A stretch of DNA of 64,000 nt, from contig OY969622.1 in NCBI GenBank assembly GCA_963701665.1, positions 320,001 through 384,000 of the forward strand, in the 5' to 3' direction. The position numbers were made by a program, and so were the translations under genes. Below are positions 1 to 9,260 of the stretch, piece by piece. Origin of the DNA: Candidatus Babeliales bacterium (lineage in GTDB: Bacteria > Babelota > Babeliae > Babelales > JANWKD01). Each line of letters starts with the position of its first letter. Position 1 is the first letter of the stretch. The notes beneath the pieces are model-generated. The model made no database searches. It was not told the DNA's origin and saw nothing but the letters and a program-made list of their open reading frames with translations.

Positions 1-1044
1 TTTTGCAAAATTAAAATCTCGCTCATCGTGTGCAGAACATTTAACAATACCAGTTCCATAATCTGCTAAGACAAAATTAGCTACCCAAATAGGCAAATCG
101 CCATTACCAAGAGGATCAACAATATAACGCCCGGTAAAAATTCCTTCAGGTTCTGCAATATCACGATCTTCACATCGTTTTTTTATAAGGTACTGACAAT
201 AATCGAGAATTTCTTGTTTGTTAGGCACACCAACAAGGAGTTCAGGAAGTAACTTATGATCGGGTGCGATAGTTACAAAAGTATCGGCAAAACAACTTTC
301 AAAGTGTGCTGAATAGGTTTGAATGGTTATATTAGAATCTTTTACGGGTGCAGTAAAAAGGAGCCCCTCGCTTTTGCCGATCCAATTGCGCTGCATTAAT
401 TTTACTTTTTCAGGCCATTCGAGTGTATCGAGGCCATCAAGTAATTTTTGCGCATACGAGGTAATACGCAAAACCCATTGTGGAATCTTTTTTTGCTCAA
501 CTGGAGTGCCACAGCGTTCACAACAACCATCAATGACTTCCTCATTAGCAAGACCCGTTTTATCAACAGGGCACCAATTAATTGGCATGTTTGATTCGTA
601 GGCAAGGCCAGCTTTATACATTTGCAAGAAGATCCATTGCGTCCATTTATAGTAATGGGGATCAGTGGTATTAAGTTCTTTGGACCAATCATAGAGTGCA
701 CCAACTTCCATTAACTGTTTTTTAAAGTGGGCAATATTTTTTGCAGTGCTTATCTGCGGCAAGATACCTTTTTTTATAGCATCATTTTCTGCAGGAAGCC
801 CGAAAGCATCCCAACCCATTGGATGTAATACATTGTAGCCTTGTAACCATTTCTTGCGTGCAAAGACATCAGAGAGTACATAGCCGCGCCAGTGTCCTAC
901 ATGCAGGCCCGAGCCAGATGGGTAGGGGAACATATCTAAGCAATAGTATTTTTTCCCATCACCAGTTGGGCGCGCTTGCCCTATTTTATGTTCAGCCCAA
1001 TACTGCTGCCATTTTTTTTCAACATCTTTAAACGGGTAACCCAT
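1..1044 (-). CDS. leuS: Leucyl-tRNA synthetase, N-terminal part (runs off the window)
   Basis: Manual translation from ATG at 1044 gives MGYPFKDVEKKWQQYW...LDMFPYPSGSGLHVGHWRGY (HIGH motif), GWDAFGLPAEN and MQRNWIGKSEG, all typical of LeuRS. Not in the ORF track because it has no stop in the window. Confidence 0.97.
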   Translation of the reverse strand, partial: MGYPFKDVEKKWQQYWAEHKIGQARPTGDGKKYYCLDMFPYPSGSGLHVGHWRGYVLSDVFARKKWLQGYNVLHPMGWDAFGLPAENDAIKKGILPQISTAKNIAHFKKQLMEVGALYDWSKELNTTDPHYYKWTQWIFLQMYKAGLAYESNMPINWCPVDKTGLANEEVIDGCCERCGTPVEQKKIPQWVLRITSYAQKLLDGLDTLEWPEKVKLMQRNWIGKSEGLLFTAPVKDSNITIQTYSAHFESCFADTFVTIAPDHKLLPELLVGVPNKQEILDYCQYLIKKRCEDRDIAEPEGIFTGRYIVDPLGNGDLPIWVANFVLADYGTGIVKCSAHDERDFNFAK

Positions 1045-1103
1045 CTGATTCCTTACATGCACAAATTTATTTAATGTATATCATTGTAACATAGAGATTA
1101 TTT

Positions 1104-1988
1104 TTATTTAATCTCTGGCTTTTCTTTGTTCCAATAGTTTTGCCATTGCTCAATTTTTGTATGATACCAAATACGTGTAGCGGTAGATGGATGATCTCCG
1201 TTAATACCACTTGTATTACCGTTATGCGCAAGAAGTTTTGTATATAATTTTCTTCCTGCTCTGCCTCCTTGAGGAAGTACAAATGCAGCAATTATATCAC
1301 ACTCAGCTTCAACAGTTTTGTGCAAAAACGGATATTCTATTCTATTGGGACTTTCTATAGGAAGATCAAAACGCTCGAAGCAGTGCTGAGATAAATATCT
1401 ATTGAGTGCGATGCCGCTAACAAGGGTAATAGCGGTACCAGTGGCGAATCGCAACGGCTTTTTACGAGTGACACTGGCAGCAATGGTAACCGGTATCCAC
1501 ATTGGTGCTAATGCGGTGCACCCTACGCTCAAACCAAAAAAATGAAGGTTTGCCATGTGATAATGCGGATTTAGGTACGCATTATGTTCAAGTACAACAT
1601 GAGCCTGTTCATGAGCAAGTCTTGATTCTATTTCTTCTTGTGTAAGTTGGTCGTGTTGACGTGTCATATGAATGAGATTTCTACCATTGGTAATAGCATT
1701 ATTCCATGTTGAACAGCCATTCTGTTTTAACGTTTCAATCATGTCCGAGCTCATATATTTTACTAAAATGGCCGTATTTTTATGGAGATATCCTTTTTCT
1801 TGATATAAAGCGAGGGTATCTTGGTTAATTGTTTGAATTTCTGATGGTGCATCTTCTGTGCCGCATGCTGCAAGATAGTGTGTTTGTTCTTTTTCAATTG
1901 CCTCTTTAATATGCGGTGCCATGCCATAATTTACAGATGTTACTATGCTCATAAGAATAATAACAATCCATCTTTTTTTTATATACAT
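1104..1988 (-). CDS. M48-like zinc metalloprotease with signal peptide
   Basis: LAHEQAH (HExxH), downstream EAECD and HPS..R motifs of the M48 family. Confidence 0.7.
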   Translation of the reverse strand: MYIKKRWIVIILMSIVTSVNYGMAPHIKEAIEKEQTHYLAACGTEDAPSEIQTINQDTLALYQEKGYLHKNTAILVKYMSSDMIETLKQNGCSTWNNAITNGRNLIHMTRQHDQLTQEEIESRLAHEQAHVVLEHNAYLNPHYHMANLHFFGLSVGCTALAPMWIPVTIAASVTRKKPLRFATGTAITLVSGIALNRYLSQHCFERFDLPIESPNRIEYPFLHKTVEAECDIIAAFVLPQGGRAGRKLYTKLLAHNGNTSGINGDHPSTATRIWYHTKIEQWQNYWNKEKPEIK

Positions 1989-2099
1989 GTAAAATTCCTT
2001 ATTATTTAAAAATAAAAAAATATAACAGTGTCCTTAAGAATAAAAATCCTAGAGGGGCACTAAACTTCGATTATATAAACAAAATAATTATGATTGCGC

Positions 2100-2243
2100 T
2101 TAAGCGCAAAATGAGAATAAACGTAAGGGGAACAGTAAGCTAAATGAGCTGTAGTTTAAGAGAAGAGAAATAGCCGAAATGATAGGCATAGTGGCAGATT
2201 TGCTGGAGGTACGAGAATAATTGGGTTTCATATCTGGCGACAT
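2100..2243 (-). CDS. Candidate Leu-rich leader peptide (47 aa)
   Basis: MSPDMKPNYSRTSSKSATMPIISAISLLLNYSSFSLLFPLRLFSFCA*. It has a strong RBS (TAAGGAG), 7 Leu codons in the last 21, and is followed by hairpins and a U-run upstream of the M48-leuS unit. Confidence 0.55.
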   Translation of the reverse strand: MSPDMKPNYSRTSSKSATMPIISAISLLLNYSSFSLLFPLRLFSFCA

Positions 2244-2432
2244 GAGAGACTCCTTATTAAAATAACGATACTAACTATTTCTAATATATCATAATTTTAT
2301 ACTTTTGCAAGAAATTTTTCAAATTGAGTTTTTTCCCTATTTTACAGGTAGGATTTTAGGAAAACATTGAATATTGGTTAATGGTAAAAATATACTAAAA
2401 GAAGATTATTTGAGGGATTTAAGGGGAAAGTA

Positions 2433-4409
2433 ATGAAAAAATCTATATTATTTTCTTGTGCACTCGTATGTTTTAGCATGCTTTGTGCGGAAGATTGGTT
2501 TGATTTTGCCTATAAAAATATAGAATATGTAACTGGTTTTTTTAAACCGCATAATGAAGCTTTATTCCAATCATATAAAAAACAAGTAACCGATTTACAG
2601 GATAAAATTACGGTTCTTCTCAAGCAGGCACAATCAAACGGTGTATTACCTGATGCAACAAAAAAAACCGTTGATGCGCTGCAAAAACAGCAAAACGCCT
2701 TGCTTGATAAAGCAACAAATGATTTAGATTCATATGATGTTACTATGCTGCAACAAATTGTTGGTAACCAGCAAGCAGTTATTGTGCAGCTTATAGATGG
2801 CTGGGATTATTTGTATGATTTTTGGGAAAAAAATGCGCTCGGCGCATTAAAGTCTGCAGCAAATCTTAACAATCCCTTTAGAAATAATGTCGCGAGTGTT
2901 GTGCAAGGTGATCAATTATTGCCTGATGAAAAAGATACCTTCTTAAAAAACCGACAAGCAACGGTGCAAAAAGGATTTACTACGTTTTTTAATCAACAAA
3001 AAAATCCCATTAAACTTGGCTATGTTGCTCCCGGTGGCGGCTATCGTGCCATGATATTAACAACGGGCTATCTCACGGCGCTCGAGGAAACAGGTCTTTT
3101 AGATGCAACGAGTTATTTGAGCGCGCTTTCCGGTTCTACGTGGTTTTTGATCGCGTGGTTATTTTCAAATATGTCGGTGCGCGCGTTTCGAGATGCACTC
3201 GTTTCGAAGGTACAAGATAAAAAATTTAATGTGCAAACGATCGCTTTTGATGCTTCAGGGTACATTGCAAATGATTATTTAGCATCGTTAGTTGCCGATC
3301 TGTGGCCGAAATTTTTATTTAATCAATCAATAAGTTCAGTTGATGTGTATGGATCATTATTATCACGCACCTTATTGAGTGATCTTGCAAAAAAATCTCA
3401 TTTAACTGATACATGGACACAAGTGAAAGATGGTAAAAAGCCGTTTCCGCTTTTTAGCGCCGTATGTGTTTATAATGATAATGTAGGAAAACAACAGTAT
3501 AGTTGGAATGAATTTACGCCGCTTGAAGTGAGAAATTTAGAATTTAAGCTCTCGACGCCAAGTTATTCTTTTGGTAGTGAATTTAATGCAGGAAAATCAA
3601 AAGAAATTGCGCCGCAACAAGCACTTGGCTATTTGATGGGGACTTTCGGTTCAGCATATTTATTGGATTTAATTGATCTTGAAAAAATTATCAGTGGGTT
3701 GAAAGATCAAGCAGCACAAAAGATGGGCAGTGAAGCAACGCAATACATCATTGCTGCAACATTAGTTAATCTAATCAACGTGTTGCCAACATGGGTTAAC
3801 AATGTACGCGTGTCTCCTTCATCGACATTCAATCCTTATAAAAATAGCACGTACGCAAATGTGCCGAAATCATTAACAACGAGTGATCAACTTATGTATG
3901 TTGATGCGGGAATTGCATGTAACGTTCCTGTTCTGCCGCTCTTGCGTTCATCGCGTCAAGTGCAGGCAATTATTATTGGTGATACATCAGGTGATAATCC
4001 TAAGGACAATGAAGAGCCTGGCGAGTTAAATAAATTTTTTGCTGATGCTAAACGCTTATATAGCTATGTGTATACCCGCGTTGATGATAAATCTACCCCA
4101 ACATTACGTTTGTATAAAGATATGCAACATCCAGCAGCCCCTCGCCTTATTTATGTTAATTTTGTTAAAGATGATGCGTTGCTAAAAAAAGCAAAAACAA
4201 ATCCTGCATTGCAAAAAATTATTGATGATTGCAAGCTCGCAACGTTTGATTTTAATTGTATTAATTATCAAGATGGCTTCTGCCGGTTTTTCAATTTTGA
4301 ATATACTGTTGAGCAATTTAAGCAATTGGCTGGCATCGGTGAATTTAATATTAGGGCGAATGTAGAAACTATAAAGGCATTTTTAAATAAAGAATTTTAT
4401 GGTAAGTAA
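2433..4409 (+). CDS. Lysophospholipase/cPLA2-type (PLA2_B) phospholipase with signal peptide
   Basis: GGGYRAM oxyanion motif, LSGSTW nucleophile elbow and YVDAG catalytic Asp. Confidence 0.85.
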   Translation: MKKSILFSCALVCFSMLCAEDWFDFAYKNIEYVTGFFKPHNEALFQSYKKQVTDLQDKITVLLKQAQSNGVLPDATKKTVDALQKQQNALLDKATNDLDSYDVTMLQQIVGNQQAVIVQLIDGWDYLYDFWEKNALGALKSAANLNNPFRNNVASVVQGDQLLPDEKDTFLKNRQATVQKGFTTFFNQQKNPIKLGYVAPGGGYRAMILTTGYLTALEETGLLDATSYLSALSGSTWFLIAWLFSNMSVRAFRDALVSKVQDKKFNVQTIAFDASGYIANDYLASLVADLWPKFLFNQSISSVDVYGSLLSRTLLSDLAKKSHLTDTWTQVKDGKKPFPLFSAVCVYNDNVGKQQYSWNEFTPLEVRNLEFKLSTPSYSFGSEFNAGKSKEIAPQQALGYLMGTFGSAYLLDLIDLEKIISGLKDQAAQKMGSEATQYIIAATLVNLINVLPTWVNNVRVSPSSTFNPYKNSTYANVPKSLTTSDQLMYVDAGIACNVPVLPLLRSSRQVQAIIIGDTSGDNPKDNEEPGELNKFFADAKRLYSYVYTRVDDKSTPTLRLYKDMQHPAAPRLIYVNFVKDDALLKKAKTNPALQKIIDDCKLATFDFNCINYQDGFCRFFNFEYTVEQFKQLAGIGEFNIRANVETIKAFLNKEFYGK

Positions 4410-4447
4410 TACGAGTTCGATGAGTGACTATGCTGCAGGTAACGCAT

Positions 4448-4600
4448 ATTGGAAACAAAATTGTCATTGCGAGCGTAGCGTGGCAATCCAATTATAAAAT
4501 TAGTTCCTTTAAGGAATTAATTAAAGTTTGGATCCCCACGGTTCTGAACCCTGCGAAGCTTCAGCGAAGAAGGGCCAAAGCCTCGGGATGACATCTTTGG
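4448..4600 (+). repeat. REP/RPE-like palindromic element, copy A
   Basis: GTCATTGCGAGC..CGTGGCAATCC - AT-rich palindromic spacer - GGATCCCCACGG..CCTCGGGATGAC. The same core occurs at 5126, 13753 (inverted) and 17376/18562. Confidence 0.85.
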
Positions 4601-4654
4601 GTTTATTGCCTGCATGTCATTGAGTTAGCGTTAAATGATAAAAGAAGGAGTGTC

Positions 4655-5041
4655 GTGAAAAAAAAATTACTTGTTATAAATGCATTACGCAAACAATACT
4701 ATAAAGATTGTCACATTCTTGGTTCAATCAACGTATCTTTGGATGACTTAGGTGCCTATGCGCAAAAGCTTGATAAAAACATGCCTATTGTTGTGTATTG
4801 TGCTTCCTATTCGTGTCCTGTGAGCCGCAAAGCATGGCATATTTTGAATGACTTGGGTTTTACCAATGTGCGCGCGTATGAAGGCGGTATGGCCGAGTGG
4901 ACACAAAAGGGATATTTGGCTAAAGGCGCGTGCCAAGAAGAATATTTGAGTCGCCAAGAAAGCTCAGAAACGAGTGATGTGAAAACAATTACTGCTGAAG
5001 CATTAAAGGCTGCAATGGAAGAGGCGGGCTTGTTGCAGTAG
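4655..5041 (+). CDS. Rhodanese-like domain protein
   Basis: HILGSIN, VVYCASYSC and YEGGMAEW motifs; GTG start with AGGAG RBS. Confidence 0.85.
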   Translation: MKKKLLVINALRKQYYKDCHILGSINVSLDDLGAYAQKLDKNMPIVVYCASYSCPVSRKAWHILNDLGFTNVRAYEGGMAEWTQKGYLAKGACQEEYLSRQESSETSDVKTITAEALKAAMEEAGLLQ

Positions 5042-5071
5042 TCAGTCATAACAGTATACTTACTAATATAA

Positions 5072-5300
5072 CGCAAATTCGATAAATTAAAGTTGGCTGC
5101 GCGAAGATAACATTGAAAACAAATTGTCATTGCGAGCGAATGCGTGGCAACCCAGCTTATAAAAATTAATTCCTTAAGGAGTTATTAAAGTTCGGATTCT
5201 ACTTCGTTAAAACTTCGTAGAACAGGTCCCCCACAAGTCCTTCGAAGCTCGACAGAGCGAAGTAGGAACGGCTGGCGCCTCGGGATGACATTCTTGGGTT
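5072..5300 (+). repeat. REP/RPE-like palindromic element, copy B, with two nested hairpin modules
   Basis: Core spans 5126-5289 with inserts at 5197-5226 and 5238-5267. The left flank 5072-5125 matches the reverse complement of 13903-13956. Confidence 0.85.
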
Positions 5301-5358
5301 CATCGAATGTGCATTGATGTTTTGCTTATAATGATAAAACTTAACAAGGATTGAGCTC

Positions 5359-5994
5359 ATGACCAATGTTCAAAAAACAGCCACCTCTCAGCACGCAGCA
5401 GTTCATGATGAGATGATTTTAGTGGTGAAACGTGAGCATCTTTTTGCAAAAGAAGCAGCATGGAACGGCCTAAAAGAAGTGCAATTTGATGCATATCTAA
5501 AACTGATTCAAGAGAAGAAGCAGTTTTTGCCTCGGGCACATATGGAAGTTGATCCTGCGTATAAGCAAATTATTCCGTATCTTATTTTTACCCATGACAA
5601 CAAATATTTCTTGATGCAACGCTCAAGCAGCGGTGGTGAAAAACGACTCAAAAACAAATATACATTGGGCATTGGTGGCCATATCCGTCAAGAAGATATG
5701 ACGCATGATTCTATTTTTGAATGGGCACGCCGCGAATTTCATGAAGAAGTAAATTATCATGATGATTTCACTATCGAACCATTGGGAATCCTCAATGATG
5801 ATTCTAATCCAGTCGGGCAGGTGCATATTGGCTTTGTCTTTTTATTAAGAGGCGCAACAGAGTCCATTAGTGTGAATGAAGAATTAAAAAGCGGGCGCTT
5901 GGTAAGTCTTGCAGAATGTAAATCTCAAGGCGATACTCTCGAGACCTGGAGCCAACTTGTTGTATCCTTCCTAGAAAATAGAAAAAAGAAATAA
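5359..5994 (+). CDS. NUDIX-family phosphoesterase (YmaB-like)
   Basis: YKQIIPY, LGIGGHI, REFHEEV and VGQVHIG motifs. Confidence 0.8.
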   Translation: MTNVQKTATSQHAAVHDEMILVVKREHLFAKEAAWNGLKEVQFDAYLKLIQEKKQFLPRAHMEVDPAYKQIIPYLIFTHDNKYFLMQRSSSGGEKRLKNKYTLGIGGHIRQEDMTHDSIFEWARREFHEEVNYHDDFTIEPLGILNDDSNPVGQVHIGFVFLLRGATESISVNEELKSGRLVSLAECKSQGDTLETWSQLVVSFLENRKKK

Positions 5995-6046
5995 AACATA
6001 GCATTCAGATGCCCACTTTATATATGCTCTTTGTGCAGGGAGTAAA

Positions 6047-6102
6047 GCCCGGTCTTCGCTTGCAATAGAAGATCTTCGAAGCGAAATTGAGCTTCGACGG
6101 GC
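6047..6102. repeat. Stand-alone GCCC...CTTCGACGGGC hairpin repeat
   Basis: Near-identical to 30245-30300 and related to the reverse complement of 51564-51613. Confidence 0.8.
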
Positions 6103-6120
6103 GATGAAGGAGTACTAATT

Positions 6121-7026
6121 GTGGGCATAGCTGAATCATTTTTATATACTGTGCAGATTTTTAAAAAAGGTTTTTTAGTCTGCCTCAAATATCCGCTGCT
6201 TTTTCTCTATCCTTTTATAAGCTTTGGTATCTTCTTAACTGTTGAAGCTCTCGTCTGGGTTTTAATATATTTCCGCTATGGTATTCATTTCTTTAATGCT
6301 GATACCCTGGAACTGTGGGGATTAATTTCGCTTTGGGAATTGAGTTTTTTTATTCTTGTGTTAATTGCCCCTCTTTATTTCCTTATCATGGTTAACATGA
6401 TTATGATGCAAGTTTGCGTTGCTCACACGATTTTTCAAACATTGTCATCACTTCGTTTAAGTGCCTACGAAAGTATTGCGACTGCTTTCCATCAGCGCAA
6501 GCTTATTATGCAGTATGCCTGGGCAAAAACGATTGTTATTATTGGTGGCGAAACGCCGCTGAAACATTTTTTAAAAAAATGGGCACATCATTTTGGGATT
6601 GCTGATTTTTTGATCCAAGCAAAATCAGATAAATGGATTGAAGTGACAACGCTTATGGTTCCTCTAATTGCAACTAGGGACAATTCTCTCAAGGAATTGA
6701 TTGATGATTCGGCAACGATTATGGAAAAAAATTTTGGTGCTGAGCTTTATGCCATGCCACTGTTTGCAGAGCTTTTTATAATTACAACGGTTATTGCCTG
6801 TTACAGCCTTGAAACACTCGTTAGTTATATTTGGAACGAGGGTGTGGGCGTTGCACTTATTTTTTTTATTTTAGGACTTTTCTTGACCATCATGATGATG
6901 GCGGAAGGGATTTTTTACACGGCCGTGTATCAATATTGTTTAAAGCAGCCGTTATCAGTGTTTACGCCTGAGGATATTACCAAAGGTTTTGAAAGAGTAG
7001 AAAATCAAGAAAAAGAGGAGCAGTAA
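6121..7026 (+). CDS. Multi-pass membrane protein
   Basis: 301-aa ORF with AGGAG RBS and several hydrophobic helices. Confidence 0.7.
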   Translation: MGIAESFLYTVQIFKKGFLVCLKYPLLFLYPFISFGIFLTVEALVWVLIYFRYGIHFFNADTLELWGLISLWELSFFILVLIAPLYFLIMVNMIMMQVCVAHTIFQTLSSLRLSAYESIATAFHQRKLIMQYAWAKTIVIIGGETPLKHFLKKWAHHFGIADFLIQAKSDKWIEVTTLMVPLIATRDNSLKELIDDSATIMEKNFGAELYAMPLFAELFIITTVIACYSLETLVSYIWNEGVGVALIFFILGLFLTIMMMAEGIFYTAVYQYCLKQPLSVFTPEDITKGFERVENQEKEEQ

Positions 7027-7724
7027 TGATAGTCTGGTCATTACAAAGAATGGTTGAGAAATTGCGCATCGATGGTATTCATTCGGGCGCTTTAGTGATT
7101 TATTTTATTGGTATGATGGGTATGTTGCTCCTTGGTTGTTCAGTTTTTAATTTTTTACCCACACTTTATTATGTTACCTTTGGCGGCATTAAACATTATC
7201 TAGAAGCTCAGGCCGCACCTTTACCGTTAGTGATTCACGTGTTTGATATATGGCATATATGGTTTTCGTTGCTCATGACGGTGATTGTGATTCTTGGGAT
7301 TGCATGGTGTTATTGCACTAATGGACGCGGCGATAAAAAACAGTTTATTATGCGTTTTATTTGTTTAAATTGGCCGCTGAGCCTTCGCATTCTTGTAGTA
7401 ACAGGAATGCTTTTTGCTGCTGGCATGATGTTACTGACCGGCTGGTATGCGCCGAAACTCAGACAGCTAGCTGAAAGTTCCGAACAAAGCGACACTCAGA
7501 CAAAAATGACACCATTAACAATGTTTTCAAGCATAATTAAAAAAGTTTCTGTTCCTATGCTCATAGGAAAAATTACTATGGTGCAGGAGGCAAAGAGCCT
7601 TTATGATCAAATTAGTATCATTAGTTTTTATATATATTGTTTGACGCACCTTGCCGCACTGCTTTGTGCCATTTGGTATTTCATTGTTATGCAACGGTGT
7701 TTTAAAACTATTGCATCTTCTTAG
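7026..7724 (+). CDS. Membrane protein, hypothetical
   Basis: Start overlaps the upstream stop (TAATG); about 4 hydrophobic segments. Confidence 0.7.
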   Translation: MIVWSLQRMVEKLRIDGIHSGALVIYFIGMMGMLLLGCSVFNFLPTLYYVTFGGIKHYLEAQAAPLPLVIHVFDIWHIWFSLLMTVIVILGIAWCYCTNGRGDKKQFIMRFICLNWPLSLRILVVTGMLFAAGMMLLTGWYAPKLRQLAESSEQSDTQTKMTPLTMFSSIIKKVSVPMLIGKITMVQEAKSLYDQISIISFYIYCLTHLAALLCAIWYFIVMQRCFKTIASS

Positions 7725-7763
7725 ATGTCTGTAGTATAACGATAAAAAAAGGAGAATATTTGT

Positions 7764-9164
7764 ATGAAGAGGATTATTTTTTTGAGTCTGTGTTTAGCGA
7801 GTAACACATGGGTAAGGGCTGATTTGTCACAGGATTTAACTACATTAACAGCACGATTAGATGTTTTGGCAAATGCCTTAAAACCCAGTATTAAACCAGT
7901 TACAATAAAGCCTGTGATTACTCAACCACTATTGCAAAATGTGCCAATAATTACTGCCCCAAACCTTCCTAGTGAAGTATCAAGTAAGCAATTGGCAGTC
8001 TTGTTGCCTGATACGCAAAGGACATTTCTGGAATTAGCAACTGATATGAATAAATTTATTAGAGTTTTAGGTAATTTCGTTCAATCTACAAAAGGTCAGG
8101 TGAATCCTATTGCAGCGCCTGCTCAAAGGAATCTTGTGCGTCTGCTTAATGATTTAAAAGTGTTACTAGATGAATATAATATGGAAGGAAAAATTTATAC
8201 ATTAAAAAATTTGATAGAAAAAATTAATCAATTGAGATCACAAGCTTCAACTGAAGATGCAAAAGTTGTTTCTAAATTCTTAACAGATATTCTCAATGAA
8301 ATCAATAAGTTTCTCCAATATCTAGATAAGGTTTATGTGGAACATGAGAAGCCATGGGAACGAGTTATTTTTACATTTAACCCTGATGTCAAAGGATACT
8401 CACAGAAAGCATCTGCAACATATCATTTTGATCATGCAGTTATACATCGTGAGGCAATAGACAGATTATTGAATATTGTTGCAGACATTGAACAAATGTT
8501 GCCCTATTGGAAAAATGTTGCTGAAACTAAAGTGCAAGGTGGTGCTCCGTCACCAACAAAACAAAACATAAAGCTTTCTCGGGTAGAAATCTATAGCCCA
8601 AAGAATATAGATGAAGAATTACAAAAGAAAGTTAATGTTGTTCATGCTGCATATGAGATTGTTCAAGGTGATATGTTTAGTGTTGCAGTAGCACTTAATG
8701 ATTTTCTGGGGGAATTAACCGACCCAACAGTGATATCTGCTGCTTTTGAAGATCTCATGCAGCGTTATAGTGATCTTCAAAAAAGGATTCTAACATTCAA
8801 AGATACTTTAGAAAATAATCTTTCATCGGTAGAAGGTCTAAGTGGCAACAGCCGTGTAGAAGTGTATAAATTTCTAAAATCCATCAGAAAAGATTTTAAA
8901 TATTTTGCCAGAGACATAAGCAAGAAAATTGATGATAATGCTCATGAGTTGCAATTACCTTTGTTAACATATAAAGGAAAATCAAATTCTGCATGGCATT
9001 TTGTTCTGAGCTTAATTTATCACTTGGGTCCAAGTAGAATGTTGAAACCTGCCCATCACAGAGTATCTCCTCGTGAGGGTGGTGGTTATCAAAATGAACC
9101 TTGGCCAGACACTTTTGCTGATGAATTCAAAAAGATAATGAAAAGTTGGATGCCAAAACTATAA
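7764..9164 (+). CDS. Secreted helical hypothetical protein (paralog 1)
   Basis: Signal peptide; N-terminal half clearly homologous to 9261-10700. Confidence 0.8.
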   Translation: MKRIIFLSLCLASNTWVRADLSQDLTTLTARLDVLANALKPSIKPVTIKPVITQPLLQNVPIITAPNLPSEVSSKQLAVLLPDTQRTFLELATDMNKFIRVLGNFVQSTKGQVNPIAAPAQRNLVRLLNDLKVLLDEYNMEGKIYTLKNLIEKINQLRSQASTEDAKVVSKFLTDILNEINKFLQYLDKVYVEHEKPWERVIFTFNPDVKGYSQKASATYHFDHAVIHREAIDRLLNIVADIEQMLPYWKNVAETKVQGGAPSPTKQNIKLSRVEIYSPKNIDEELQKKVNVVHAAYEIVQGDMFSVAVALNDFLGELTDPTVISAAFEDLMQRYSDLQKRILTFKDTLENNLSSVEGLSGNSRVEVYKFLKSIRKDFKYFARDISKKIDDNAHELQLPLLTYKGKSNSAWHFVLSLIYHLGPSRMLKPAHHRVSPREGGGYQNEPWPDTFADEFKKIMKSWMPKL

Positions 9165-9175
9165 TTGCTATTTTA

Positions 9176-9206
9176 AAGGAGCGCGGTGAAGCGCTCCTCT
9201 AACTTT
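9176..9206 (+). terminator. Intrinsic terminator
   Basis: AGGAGCGC-ggtgaa-GCGCTCCT followed by a T-run; related to the hairpin at 10739. Confidence 0.65.
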
Positions 9207-9260
9207 TTATTCCTCATAGCTATATATATGATCATGAACGAAAAAAAGGAGAATGATCGC

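Noticed and set aside
323..1031. Short ORFs 323-601, 402-704 and 819-1031
   Set aside because: Alternative-frame shadows of leuS.
2000..2300. T-box riboswitch upstream of leuS
   Set aside because: No GGTGG.ACC T-box consensus on the minus strand; a leader-peptide model fits better.
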